A stretch of DNA of 64,000 nucleotides from Rhodospirillales bacterium (GTDB lineage: Bacteria; Pseudomonadota; Alphaproteobacteria; Rhodospirillales; Casp-alpha2): positions 2,426 through 66,425 of the forward strand of contig JAPKAX010000001.1 of the NCBI GenBank assembly GCA_028825025.1, in the 5' to 3' direction. The notes under the pieces are model-generated. The model ran no database searches. It was not told where the DNA came from and saw only the letters and a program-made list of their open reading frames with translations. How positions within the stretch are numbered: position 1 is the stretch's first letter; each line of letters begins with the position of its first letter. The position numbers and the translations under genes are program-made. Of this stretch, positions 28,600 to 38,138 are shown piece by piece.

Positions 28600-28714
28600 C
28601 GTTGGTTCCTCACTCATCAATTAAAGACAATTTAGTATAACATTATTAACTTTAAATAGGTACCAACAGGTATGTGATCGCAAATAAATGATTTTATCAA
28701 TATAGAATGACGCG

Positions 28715-29040
28715 TTATGCCACAGGCTTGGGCAAAAAAACGCCAAACAAAGAACCTTCGCCCTCGATGCTTTCGACATGAAGACGGCCGCCTTGCTTTT
28801 CTAACAAGTCCTTACACAACTGCTAACTCAGACCTGTTCTGCTTTCACCGTTCGTCCCAACGGTCGATGTTTTTTCACCTAAATTAAACAATAATTCGAC
28901 TTTACTTTGCGCCATTCCAACGCCCGTATCAATAGCGTCAACGTCTATCCATTTTCATTTTGGTGTGACTTTGATCCTAATCGTATCTCCAGCGTTCGTG
29001 AACTTAATAGGATTTTCGATTAGGTTACGCAAAACGGTAT
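28715..29040 (-). pseudogene. HATPase_c tail of a histidine kinase (fragment)
   Basis: The minus strand reads VLRNLIENPIKFTNAGDTIRIKVTPK*KWIDVDAIDTGVGMAQSKVELLF..GESRTGLS*QLCKDLLEKQGGRLHVESIEGEGSLFGVFLP. N, G1 and G2 boxes are present with two in-frame stops. No HisKA or sensor part lies upstream. Confidence 0.6.
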
Positions 29041-29045
29041 CCAAC

Positions 29046-29561
29046 ATGCACAGCATAAAACCTGAAGACCCAGCAGAGCTCGCGCCTGACTTTTTAGACA
29101 TTTACGCCTATTGGAACGATTTACGAAACGATCGCTTTGCTCCGTCGTGGGGAGAATTTAAACTCCAAGACTTAGATTTAGCATTCATTCCTTGGTAAAT
29201 TGTTATTGATGTTTTTACGACCCTTTGGACTTGATTTACAGGTTCTGGGGAACAGAGCGGGCCCGCTTGCAAGGTATGACTATACAGGTAAATCCTTATT
29301 TGTTTCGAACCACAGAGAGATGCAGAAAAAACAACGAGTGAATGCCAAGCGGTTATTGAACAGCGCTGCGCCATTTATACCATATTAGACTCCTTAGGAA
29401 ATAAGGGCGATGCCCACGTCCAATACGGTTTTTTACGCTTACCTTTAAGAAGTGATGGAAAACCCATCGAAAAAATATATGGTTATAGTCGCAATAAAGG
29501 GGCCCACGACTTTCTTCATAACGTGTTTGGCACCAAAATCCCCTATACTTTCGATACCTAA
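29046..29561 (+). pseudogene. Decayed PAS_5 (DUF1457-like) small PAS-domain gene
   Basis: MHSIKPEDPAELAPDFLDIYAYWNDLRNDRFAPSWGEFKLQDLDLAFIPW* then the frames change. The tail ..GDAHVQYGFLRLPLRSDGKPIEKIYGYS.. ends at 29561. It is a paralog-type match to 25345-25855. Confidence 0.5.
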
Positions 29562-29590
29562 CCAATCCGTATATTGCAAAGGATGCCCCC

Positions 29591-29923
29591 ATGAACGAAG
29601 CTCAATTCAAACAAGAGTTGGCTGAAAAAGTATACGCTGAAGCATCCACAGTGACGTATGATCCTAACTTTTCCAACGACATGCACACCCACAATTTCAC
29701 CACGTATCTTTTAGTCCAATCAGGCACAATTATTCTGGTCACCGAAGAGGGTTCAACGGCTCATCAAGCAGGCAAAACCTGCCAACTCAATTCAGGCATC
29801 GTTCATGCTGAACAAGCTGGCTCTGAAGGCGCTGTGTTCTTGGTCGGCAAAAACAAGGCAAAGGCTTGCGCCCAGCCTTCTTTTCCTAACGGGTGCCCTT
29901 TGCTACTTGTAATTTCCCGTTGA
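29591..29923 (+). CDS. Cupin domain protein
   Basis: 110 aa. H.H-containing cupin motif (NDMHTHNF..YLLVQSG) and second motif GIVHAE. The last ~13 codons overlap the convergent gene, so the C-terminal tail may be a stop-loss extension. Confidence 0.6.
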   Translation: MNEAQFKQELAEKVYAEASTVTYDPNFSNDMHTHNFTTYLLVQSGTIILVTEEGSTAHQAGKTCQLNSGIVHAEQAGSEGAVFLVGKNKAKACAQPSFPNGCPLLLVISR

Positions 29924-30614
29924 CGCCATGGCGGTCAAGGAGCCCTTCAACAAAGCCGTTGCTTGTAAGTTCTTCAACGATGCTTTGCAGATATGCAGCC
30001 CCGGCCGTGTTCTCAAGCTTCGTTCCCAACGCCTGTTGGATTGTTGTATAGCAGCCATCCACAACGCGAGTTCCATCCATCGACTTTGCATTTTCAAGCA
30101 AGGCCGGACGCAGACCAGCAAGCGCATCAAAGCCCTCGGATTTGAACAGTTCGAACGCCGCCGAAAGTCCTTCGGCCCTGTGCAATGTCGCGTTCTTTAA
30201 GCTACGTGTGAGGTATAAATCATAAGCCGCCCGGTCTGATACAGCGATCCGCGTACCAGCACTATCCACCGCTTCAACAGTTTGAAATTTTGAGCCTTCC
30301 GGAACCAGATACGTCCCCTCGATCTCTACATATGCTGCAGTGAACGAAATGCTTTCGGCGCGCTTCGGCTCGTCAGCGATCAAGCAAATGTCCCAACCAT
30401 CTTCCAATCCCGCATCGGCCACAGCACCGGGCGATGCGAAGGTCTTATACGATACGCCAACGCCCAACCGCCGAGCAATTTCAGCTGCCATATCCGGCGA
30501 CACACCAATAGGATCGCCATTTTCAGCCGTGTCTGTCACCAACAACATGTTGGCCAAGTTGACACCGACGCGAAGAATTCCATTGGGGGCGAGTTCCGCT
30601 TTGATTTGATCCAT
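29886..30614 (-). CDS. Family-3 solute-binding-protein-like protein lacking a signal peptide
   Basis: 242 aa. LRVGVNLAN.LL, GVSPDMAAEIARRLGV, and the two-lobe SBP_bac_3 pattern. The N-terminus MDQIKAELAPNG is hydrophilic, with no leader or lipobox. Confidence 0.7.
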   Translation of the reverse strand: MDQIKAELAPNGILRVGVNLANMLLVTDTAENGDPIGVSPDMAAEIARRLGVGVSYKTFASPGAVADAGLEDGWDICLIADEPKRAESISFTAAYVEIEGTYLVPEGSKFQTVEAVDSAGTRIAVSDRAAYDLYLTRSLKNATLHRAEGLSAAFELFKSEGFDALAGLRPALLENAKSMDGTRVVDGCYTTIQQALGTKLENTAGAAYLQSIVEELTSNGFVEGLLDRHGVNGKLQVAKGTR

Positions 30615-30619
30615 TTATG

Positions 30620-31011
30620 TCGTCCTTATTAAAAAAATCTAAAAACTTATCCGGCCCGCAAAATTGCCCCATAGGCGTGGCGCGGGTGTGGTGTTTGATG
30701 TGCTCCTTGCAAAACTTCCAAAGCGCTTCACACCAGCTGGCCGTGTTGACCAATGCTGTAGCGGATTATCGCTTCGTCAGAAAAGGCGGTGAATTCATTC
30801 ACTTGCAGTCAAATCCGCATCAGCACCCGTTGTTGATCATCTTCCCCCTGCAACTTATGCGCAGCGCAGCCTTTTTAACTGATTGCAAGGCCCGTTCGAT
30901 ATCGTCTAACTGAGGTGTCATTAATTTGTAATTACACGATAAGTCCTTGGAGAAATCAGAACCGGTCCAAACGGTGGCATTGGCAAAAGGCATTGTTGAT
31001 AAATCTATCAT
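30620..31011 (-). pseudogene. N-terminal remnant of a TauD/TfdA-family dioxygenase (tentative)
   Basis: The 63-aa ORF MIDLSTMPFANATVWTGSDFSKDLSCNYKLMTPQLDDIERALQSVKK resembles the start of TauD-like proteins. Downstream frames are broken. No HxD...H iron motif is present. Confidence 0.3.
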
Positions 31012-31027
31012 GGGGTCTCCAGAAGGC

Positions 31028-31807
31028 TTAAAGGCGGAAGCTTGGATCGTTTTTATCCATCAGCCGAACGTAGGAATCAAACTCAAGTTTGCCCGCGGGC
31101 AGCCCGTCATTATTTTTCAGAAAATCTTTTGTTAGTTGCACCGATTGCTCTAACACACCATGCGATGGGGTCACCAATTCAGCACCCCCCGATTGCGCTG
31201 CAATTTGCACTTCACAGGCGCGCTGCAATCTGAACATTAAAATGAACGCTTCTTCAACAGACTTACCACACGTCAAAATGCCGTGGTTGCGTAAAATCAT
31301 TGTGTTTTTATTCCCTAAAGAAGCAACCAAGCGTTCGCGCTCGCCCAAATTCATGCTCGGACCTTCATAATCATGGTACGCCACTTGTCCCCAAAACCCA
31401 GTGCCCGGCATGCTGACGGGCAACAACCCCTCTTTTTGCGCGGCAACGGCCATGCCCGCAACCGTGTGGGTGTGGATAATGCAATTGATATCAGGGCGTG
31501 CGCCATGAATAGCGCTGTGGATAACGAACCCCGGTTTGTTTACAGGGTAATCCGGGCCTGAAACTTTATTGCCATCGTGATCTATTTCCAACAAATTTGT
31601 CGCCGTCACCTCGTCATAACGCAAACCCCACGGATTGATCAGAAAATGATCCGCATTTTCTTCTACCCGCAACGTCAAATGACCATAAATGGTTTCACAC
31701 CAGCCCAAATGATCAACAATCCGATACGCCGCCGCCAAACGCTGACGCTCCGTCATCGCATCGTGCAAAACCCGAACCTCCGCCTGAACCTGGCTCATAC
31801 CAATCAT
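31028..31807 (-). CDS. Class II aldolase/adducin family protein
   Basis: 259 aa. Contains IHSAIHGARPDINCIIHTHT (metal-binding His cluster) and LRNHGILTCG. Confidence 0.85.
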   Translation of the reverse strand: MIGMSQVQAEVRVLHDAMTERQRLAAAYRIVDHLGWCETIYGHLTLRVEENADHFLINPWGLRYDEVTATNLLEIDHDGNKVSGPDYPVNKPGFVIHSAIHGARPDINCIIHTHTVAGMAVAAQKEGLLPVSMPGTGFWGQVAYHDYEGPSMNLGERERLVASLGNKNTMILRNHGILTCGKSVEEAFILMFRLQRACEVQIAAQSGGAELVTPSHGVLEQSVQLTKDFLKNNDGLPAGKLEFDSYVRLMDKNDPSFRL

Positions 31808-31881
31808 CCCTTACCTATTTTATTAAGAAAAGAAGTCTACCAACGTAATTCCATTTTTGCAAAGAGAGCACAATATCACCC

Positions 31882-32859
31882 TCAAATATCAACGCCAACT
31901 CTGAGCACTAACTTTCCGTGCACCAACCGAGTTTCTAGGGTACGGAGGGCTTCTGGGAGTTCGTCGAAGTTGAAATCGGTATCGACCATTGGTTTGATTT
32001 CACCAACCCCAAGCATTTCAATCAGCCGTTTGTTGACGCGTTTGAGCATGGGGCCGTCACGGTCGTGGCTCCAATGAACGCCCCTAGCGGCAGCGCGGTT
32101 TTGTTGCAAGTGGAGACCGTCAAACTTTGGTGTCGTTCCAGATGCAAACCCCACCACCAACAAATTCCCATCGCGCGCTATGCAGCCCAAACTCTGTTCA
32201 CCAATCACGCCGCCTACCGGATCAATAATGTGATTTGCCCCCCTGCCTTTGGTGGTGGCGTTGATTTGTTGAACCCAGTCTTCATCGGTGTAATTAATGC
32301 CAACGTCAGCCCCGTGGTTGTCCGCTGTTGATAATTTTTCGCGGCTACTGGCCGTTGCAATGACGCGTGCCCCCATGGCCTTTGCAATTTCAACCGCCGC
32401 CAAACCAATGCCGCCCGCCGCTGCGTGGACCAAAACCCAATCGTTGGGCGTCACCACAACGCATTCAGCCAGGGCCACCATCGATGTTGTATAAACAACG
32501 GGCAGCGCAGCTGCGGTGGCAAAATCAACATCGTCTGGAATTTGAATTGCCATATCGCTGCGGACAATCGCTTGTTCTGCAAAACCAGCCCCATCGACTT
32601 TGCTAGCAATCCGGTCGCCTTTTTTCCACGGGCCTCCGTCTGGTGTATCGATCACAACACCGGCCACTTCTTGACCCGGAACGAACGAGCGCGGCGGTTG
32701 GATTTGGTCGGTGCCTTCTATCATCAACAAGTCTGAAAAATTAAGCGCCGCCGCCCGAACGTCGATCAAAACTTCATTGTCGCCCGGATCAGGTGAAAAC
32801 CCTTCTTCTATTGCTAAACCGTCGATGCCGAATATATCGCCTGAAACCCAATGTCTCAT
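31882..32859 (-). CDS. NADPH:quinone oxidoreductase / zinc-type alcohol dehydrogenase superfamily (MDR) protein
   Basis: ATG at 32859 is preceded by AAGGA. Contains VLVHAAAGGIGLAAVEIAKAMGARVIA (the nucleotide fold typical of Qor-like MDRs) and the N-terminal GroES-like domain. Confidence 0.8.
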   Translation of the reverse strand: MRHWVSGDIFGIDGLAIEEGFSPDPGDNEVLIDVRAAALNFSDLLMIEGTDQIQPPRSFVPGQEVAGVVIDTPDGGPWKKGDRIASKVDGAGFAEQAIVRSDMAIQIPDDVDFATAAALPVVYTTSMVALAECVVVTPNDWVLVHAAAGGIGLAAVEIAKAMGARVIATASSREKLSTADNHGADVGINYTDEDWVQQINATTKGRGANHIIDPVGGVIGEQSLGCIARDGNLLVVGFASGTTPKFDGLHLQQNRAAARGVHWSHDRDGPMLKRVNKRLIEMLGVGEIKPMVDTDFNFDELPEALRTLETRLVHGKLVLRVGVDI

Positions 32860-33135
32860 GACATTATCCTTTTCTATAACAAAACGTACCATAAGGTGTC
32901 CGGTATCGTGAACGCGGTTTTCATCAAAGCGCTGGGCTTGTTTATGTCACACTAAATATGACAAATGCCCGTATTGTGATACAGCAAAAATTTGACGACA
33001 CTCAGAATTGGTGGTTTTATTTCCTAAGTATTCTGACGTATTTCACTTTTAAAACGCGGTGCGAGACTCTTTTGTCTTTCCCAGTTTAAAATGTATCATA
33101 TTAAAAATAATTTCGTTGTTAAAGGAGAGATCTTT

Positions 33136-34113
33136 ATGAAAAATTTAACAAAAATCGCAACAATTGGTGCTTTAGTAAGTTTTGCTTTCAGTGCAGCCCA
33201 AGCCGCCGACATGAAAAAAGTTGCGATCTCAACAATCGTAGAAGTCCCCGCATTGTTAGACACTAAAAAAGGGATTTTAGAAGGTTTGGCTGAAAAGGGA
33301 TTTGTTGTTGGTAAAAACATAACGTTAGACTATCAAAACGCTAACGGAAACATGCCGACACAACAACAAATTGCCAAAAAATTTATCGGCTCAAACCCCG
33401 ATATTATCATCCCCATCACCACACCAACGGCGCAAGCCATGGTCGCGGGAACGAAAAATATCCCCATCGTTTTCACCGCAGTAACAGATCCAATTAAAGC
33501 AAAATTGATCAATACTTATAAGAATAACGGAACCAATGTAACCGGCGTTTCAGACGCAGCCCCCATTGGCGCACAACTTGATTTGTATAAAGAGTTGGTC
33601 CCTGGCCTTAAAACAATCGGATTTATCTATAACCCCGGCCTAGATAACGCATTGGCGGCTTTGGCTGTAATTAAAGAACAAGGCAAAATGCGAGGAATTA
33701 GCGTTATGGAAAGTCCCGCACCAACCACCAACGAAGTGATTTTAGCGACCAAAAAATTGGTTGGTAAAGTTGAAGCAATTTATGTTCCCAACGATACAAC
33801 CGTAGTTTCGGCTTTAGGTGCCATCGTTAAAATTGGCCAAGACGTTGATTTGCCTGTCTTTACCGGCGAAACAGGCGGCGTTGCAAAAGGTGCTGCGGCA
33901 TCGATTGGCCTCGACTACGTTGAAGTTGGCCGGGTCACGGGGCGTATGGCTGGCGACATTCTTAATGGCGCTAAGCCTGGAACAATGAACGCGATTATCG
34001 CTTATGAAGCGGTTAGCAAATTCAAGGTTGCAATCAACATCGGGTCAGCCAAAAAAATGGGCCTAACATTCTCTAAATCGGTTATGGACCGGGCAACGGA
34101 CATCACCAAATAA
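33136..34113 (+). CDS. ABC transporter substrate-binding protein (ABC_sub_bind/PF04392 type)
   Basis: ATG at 33136 is preceded by AAGGAG. Signal peptide MKNLTKIATIGALVSFAFSAAQA. Blocks PDIIIPITTPTAQA, IVFTAVTDP and VTGVSD are typical of this family. Confidence 0.8.
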   Translation: MKNLTKIATIGALVSFAFSAAQAADMKKVAISTIVEVPALLDTKKGILEGLAEKGFVVGKNITLDYQNANGNMPTQQQIAKKFIGSNPDIIIPITTPTAQAMVAGTKNIPIVFTAVTDPIKAKLINTYKNNGTNVTGVSDAAPIGAQLDLYKELVPGLKTIGFIYNPGLDNALAALAVIKEQGKMRGISVMESPAPTTNEVILATKKLVGKVEAIYVPNDTTVVSALGAIVKIGQDVDLPVFTGETGGVAKGAAASIGLDYVEVGRVTGRMAGDILNGAKPGTMNAIIAYEAVSKFKVAINIGSAKKMGLTFSKSVMDRATDITK

Positions 34114-34120
34114 GTATTAC

Positions 34121-34166
34121 AGGGCGCAGATGGTCATTACATATGGCCTATCTGTGCCCTTTTTCT
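34121..34166 (+). terminator. Intercistronic hairpin plus T-run between the SBP and permease genes (partial terminator/attenuator)
   Basis: AGGGCGCAGATGG (34121-34133) pairs with CCTATCTGTGCCCT (34147-34160). The 13-bp stem includes two G-U pairs and is followed by TTTTTCTT. Confidence 0.6.
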
Positions 34167-34199
34167 TGAATTCGACAGAGGTCTTAAAGGCCGAACTCT

Positions 34200-35108
34200 A
34201 TGTCCCTTTATGAAATTCTTGGCACCCTAGAAACCGGCTTTATTTTTGGCCTTGTGGCCTTGGGTGCATATCTTACATTTAAAATTCTCGATTTTCCTGA
34301 CTTAACCGTTGAAGGCAGCTTTCCGTTGGGCGCTGCCGTTTGTGCGGCGTTGATTGTTCAAGGCGGCTGGAACCCATGGGCGGCAACAGGCTTTGCTGCT
34401 GTGGTTGGTTTTGGTGCTGGATATGTCACAGCTTATTTGAATGTTCGGTTTAATATTTTACATATTTTGGCTGGCATTTTGGTCTCGATTTCGCTTTATT
34501 CGATTAATTTACGGATTATGGGTGGACCCAACGAGCCGCTATTAAACGTAAAAACCGTATTCACAGCCTTCGAAGATTTAGGCTATCCCGGATACATGAT
34601 AAACCCGGTCTTTTTGGGCATTGTGGTGATTGCAATTAAATTAGCATTAGACGCTTTTTTGGCCACCGGGTGGGGCATGTCCATGCGCGCTGCGGGGGCC
34701 AATCCAGCAATGGCCGAAGCCAACGGAATAAACGTCGGAAAGATGAAATTATACGGCGTTGGTTTAGCCAATGCTTTGACCGCGCTTGCGGGGGCTTTAT
34801 TCGCCCAAATCTTTGGTGCCGCAGATGCTTATATGGGTATTGGCGTAATCATTGTCGGCTTGGCATCTGTTATTGTTGGGATGTCGATTTTGCCATCAAG
34901 AACTATATTTTTAGCCACAACCGCCTGCATTCTTGGCGCTATATTGTACCGTTTGGCAGTTGCGGTTGCCCTGAACGCAGACTTTTTGGGTCTTTATGCA
35001 TCTGACGTACAATTGGTTACTGCGGTCTTGGTCATGCTGGCGCTTATTGGGCAACAATCAGGATCATCGCTGTTTAAGATCTTAAAAAAGGGAACGAAAA
35101 ATGATTGA
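34200..35108 (+). CDS. ABC transporter permease (partner of the PF04392-type SBP)
   Basis: 302 aa, multi-TM. The pattern GSFPLGAA..., MRAAG.NP.MA...GI is typical of this uptake family. Confidence 0.8.
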   Translation: MSLYEILGTLETGFIFGLVALGAYLTFKILDFPDLTVEGSFPLGAAVCAALIVQGGWNPWAATGFAAVVGFGAGYVTAYLNVRFNILHILAGILVSISLYSINLRIMGGPNEPLLNVKTVFTAFEDLGYPGYMINPVFLGIVVIAIKLALDAFLATGWGMSMRAAGANPAMAEANGINVGKMKLYGVGLANALTALAGALFAQIFGAADAYMGIGVIIVGLASVIVGMSILPSRTIFLATTACILGAILYRLAVAVALNADFLGLYASDVQLVTAVLVMLALIGQQSGSSLFKILKKGTKND

Positions 35109-35895
35109 ATTAAAAGACATTCACGTCACCTTTAACAAAGATACACCGCTCGAAACTAAAGCGCTTCGAGGCGTTGATTTGGCTGTTCCCAAAGGCGAGT
35201 TTTTGACCGTAATAGGATCGAATGGGGCGGGCAAGTCAACATCGTTGAACGTTATGGCAGGGATTGCGCCAGTTTTGCAAGGAAGCTTGCGGGTTGGTCA
35301 AAACGACATGACCAATTGGCCGGTCCAAAAACGCGCGCGCTCTATATCGCGGGTGTTCCAAGACCCCAAAATGGGCACTTGTGAAGATTTAACAATATTG
35401 GAAAACTTCGCCTTGGCTTATGGGCGCACAACACCTAGGGGGTTTAAGTTTGCTGTTGACCCCTCTATACGATTATCCGTGGCGGAGCGCTTATCGTTGC
35501 TTAAATTGGGCCTTGAAGATCGCTTAGATGATAAGGTCGGGCTGCTATCGGGCGGTCAACGCCAAGCCGTTAGTTTGTTAATGGCAACCACTGGCGACAC
35601 ACAGGTTTTATTGTTAGATGAACACACCGCCGCATTAGACCCCAAAACAGCTGATTTTGTATTGCAGATCACAAATTCCATCGTTCGGGAATTAAAATTA
35701 ACCGCCGTTATGGTCACCCATTCGATGGCTCAGGCCCTGAATACAGGCGACCGAACAATCATGTTTCACCAGGGCAAAATCATATTTGATGTGGCTGGTG
35801 CGGAGCGCGATAAAATGACGGTTGAAGACTTGTTGCACTTGTTTAAGCGAGAACAGGGAGAAGAATTGGCGGATGACTCGTTGTTACTGGGTTAA
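35101..35895 (+). CDS. ABC transporter ATP-binding protein
   Basis: Walker A GSNGAGKST, signature LSGGQRQ, Walker B LLLDEHTAALD. Overlaps the permease gene by 8 nt. Confidence 0.9.
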   Translation: MIELKDIHVTFNKDTPLETKALRGVDLAVPKGEFLTVIGSNGAGKSTSLNVMAGIAPVLQGSLRVGQNDMTNWPVQKRARSISRVFQDPKMGTCEDLTILENFALAYGRTTPRGFKFAVDPSIRLSVAERLSLLKLGLEDRLDDKVGLLSGGQRQAVSLLMATTGDTQVLLLDEHTAALDPKTADFVLQITNSIVRELKLTAVMVTHSMAQALNTGDRTIMFHQGKIIFDVAGAERDKMTVEDLLHLFKREQGEELADDSLLLG

Positions 35896-35914
35896 TTACA
35901 TTTAAGGATACAAA

Positions 35915-36523
35915 ATGGCTTGGATTGAAACGGTTCCATATGAAGAATCAACGGGAAAATTACGCAAATTGTATGACCGTGTAAAAGGACCCGATAATAA
36001 CGTCGACAACATTATGATGGCCCACAGCCTGCGCCCCCATTCCATGGAAGGCCACATGGCTATCTATAAGTATGTATTGCATCACACCAACAACACCGTG
36101 CCAAAATGGTTTTTAGAAACCATTGGCGTCTGGGTGAGCTTGCTGAACAAATGTAATTATTGCGTAGATCATCATTTTTCAGGTTTGACCCGATTGGTGG
36201 ATGACGACGCGAAATCAAATAAAATTTGGAAAGCATTAGATACAGGAAGCTTAGATACAGGCCCCTTTGATGAGCAACAACAAGCAGCGCTAAAATACGC
36301 CAAAGCCCTGACCTTAAACCCTGACCAAATCACCGAACAAGATATAGAAGTCCTACGTAAAACGGGTTTGAATGATGGCGAGATTTTAGAAATCAACCAA
36401 GTTACAGCGTATTTTTGCTACGCCAACCGAACCGTGATGGGTCTAGGCTGCACGATCAGAGGTGATGTTTTAGGATTATCGCCCAACAATTCAAACGATG
36501 AGAATGATTGGTCGCACAATTAA
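35915..36523 (+). CDS. Peroxidase-related / carboxymuconolactone decarboxylase (CMD, AhpD-like) family protein
   Basis: 202 aa. Contains N.C.YC..HH (NKCNYCVDHH) and the second CMD-like repeat ILEINQVTAYFCYANR. Confidence 0.75.
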   Translation: MAWIETVPYEESTGKLRKLYDRVKGPDNNVDNIMMAHSLRPHSMEGHMAIYKYVLHHTNNTVPKWFLETIGVWVSLLNKCNYCVDHHFSGLTRLVDDDAKSNKIWKALDTGSLDTGPFDEQQQAALKYAKALTLNPDQITEQDIEVLRKTGLNDGEILEINQVTAYFCYANRTVMGLGCTIRGDVLGLSPNNSNDENDWSHN

Positions 36524-36589
36524 GTCTCAAAACACAATTACCAACTCCTATCGTGTCCCCCAACGTAGCAACGCAGAAAGAAACTGGAA

Positions 36590-36772
36590 AGGGTTGTTAT
36601 AAGCAAATGGGGTTAAGTGATTTGATTGCGGCAGATCAGGAAACCTATCAACCTTGCCTTAAGGCTGGCCCGCGACCCAACCTTTAGAAACCAAATGTAG
36701 TCTGATAATAAAGTCAATTCAGACAAATTGTTTGAACTAAAAGTGTTGTTAGAGAACTGGAAACCATTTTAA
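36590..36772 (+). pseudogene. Tiny C-terminal remnant resembling TPR/SPINDLY-type glycosyltransferases (tentative)
   Basis: Frames give ..KQMGLSDLIAADQETYQ.. and, shifted, LARDPTFRNQM*SDNKVNSDKLFELKVLLENWKPF*. This resembles the usual ..lGl.eliA.s.eeY...a..LA.dp..l..lr...LFD...f...lE tail. Confidence 0.25.
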
Positions 36773-36838
36773 TTAAGGTGTATAGTCAGATGCAATATAC
36801 TATAAATTCAGAACCCTAATATCGTTTGGCTAGAGCCT

Positions 36839-37942
36839 ATGACCCGCCCAATTCCTAAAAAAACCATCGCCGACCTCCCCTTTCTACCGCCGCCTGTGAT
36901 GGCTGAACCTGACGCCATGTTGATTGATGGTGATTTGCGCTTGAACTTAAACGAAGCCCCTATTCCACCATCACAAAAAACTATAAGTGCCATGATGAAA
37001 GCACTGGTCGAAGTTGGGAAATACCCAGACCATTCATGCGATGCCTTGCAAACCGTATTATCTGATCGTTTGGGCATTTCTAAAGATCAATTGTTCTTTG
37101 GTGGTGGATCAGGCGAATTATTATTGGCAACGTCTTTAATTGCCATCGACCCCGGCGATGAAGTGATTGTACCCCTACCCACGTTCCCAACTTTTGGCAA
37201 AGGCGTTGCAGTATCAGGCGGGCGGGCCATTGGCGTTCCGGTTAACGAATTTGGCATAAATGATGTGGAGGCCATGGTCACAGCAATCACACCCAATACC
37301 CGGGTCGTCTATGCTTGCACTCCCAACAATCCAACCGGTGGTTTATTAAGTTCGAATGACATTGCGTATTTATCTCAGTCTGTTCCAGACGATATCTTGT
37401 TATTGGTCGATGAAGCCTACCATGAATTTGGGGCCTATGATGGTGGGGCTGATTGTTTGAAAATTTTATCCGAGCGCACCGGACTTTGGGCCGTCACACG
37501 GACCTTCTCGAAAGCCTATTCCATGGCCGGCATGCGGGCTGGGTATGGAATAGCAAGTTCAGCCCAATTGGCCATGGGGTATCATAAAGTACGTGGCAAT
37601 TTCACCATCAACAGGGTTGCCATTGCCGGAGCTGTTGCAGCCTATAAAGACACAGATCACCGCGATTCTTATTTGACTGAAAACGCTCATCAACGGAACC
37701 GTTTAAGCCAAGGCCTTGAAAAATTAGGCTTCACTCCCTTCACATCCAGCGCTAATTTTGTAACCGCACAATCACCCCAACCGACCGAAGGCATGGTTGC
37801 CCATTTGGGAGAAAATCATATCTTGGTGCAAGCTTTAACGTGGCCTGGCGTGGGCCCTTGTGTTCGCATTGGCGTTGGCAATAACGACGATATAAACACC
37901 ATACTGACGGTACTCAAAAACTACTTATCTGGCCACAAATAA
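36839..37942 (+). CDS. Class I/II PLP-dependent aminotransferase (histidinol-phosphate aminotransferase family)
   Basis: 367 aa. Contains NPNNPTG-like TPNNPTGG, DEAY.EF and RTFSKAYSMAGMR (PLP lysine). Confidence 0.8.
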   Translation: MTRPIPKKTIADLPFLPPPVMAEPDAMLIDGDLRLNLNEAPIPPSQKTISAMMKALVEVGKYPDHSCDALQTVLSDRLGISKDQLFFGGGSGELLLATSLIAIDPGDEVIVPLPTFPTFGKGVAVSGGRAIGVPVNEFGINDVEAMVTAITPNTRVVYACTPNNPTGGLLSSNDIAYLSQSVPDDILLLVDEAYHEFGAYDGGADCLKILSERTGLWAVTRTFSKAYSMAGMRAGYGIASSAQLAMGYHKVRGNFTINRVAIAGAVAAYKDTDHRDSYLTENAHQRNRLSQGLEKLGFTPFTSSANFVTAQSPQPTEGMVAHLGENHILVQALTWPGVGPCVRIGVGNNDDINTILTVLKNYLSGHK

Positions 37943-38138
37943 ATCTTTAATTGTTCCAAATTCACGTAAATTATTTTACATTATGCTCATATTATTTTTA
38001 AAATTCCGCATACCAGTTTTAATTGTTACCCGTATATCGTTTACATTCAAAAGTTAACTTTTACAAATCGAAACAAAACTATGATTTAGTTTTTTCCTAA
38101 AATAAAATGTATAGATTGACGCCTAGATCAGTTCTAAT

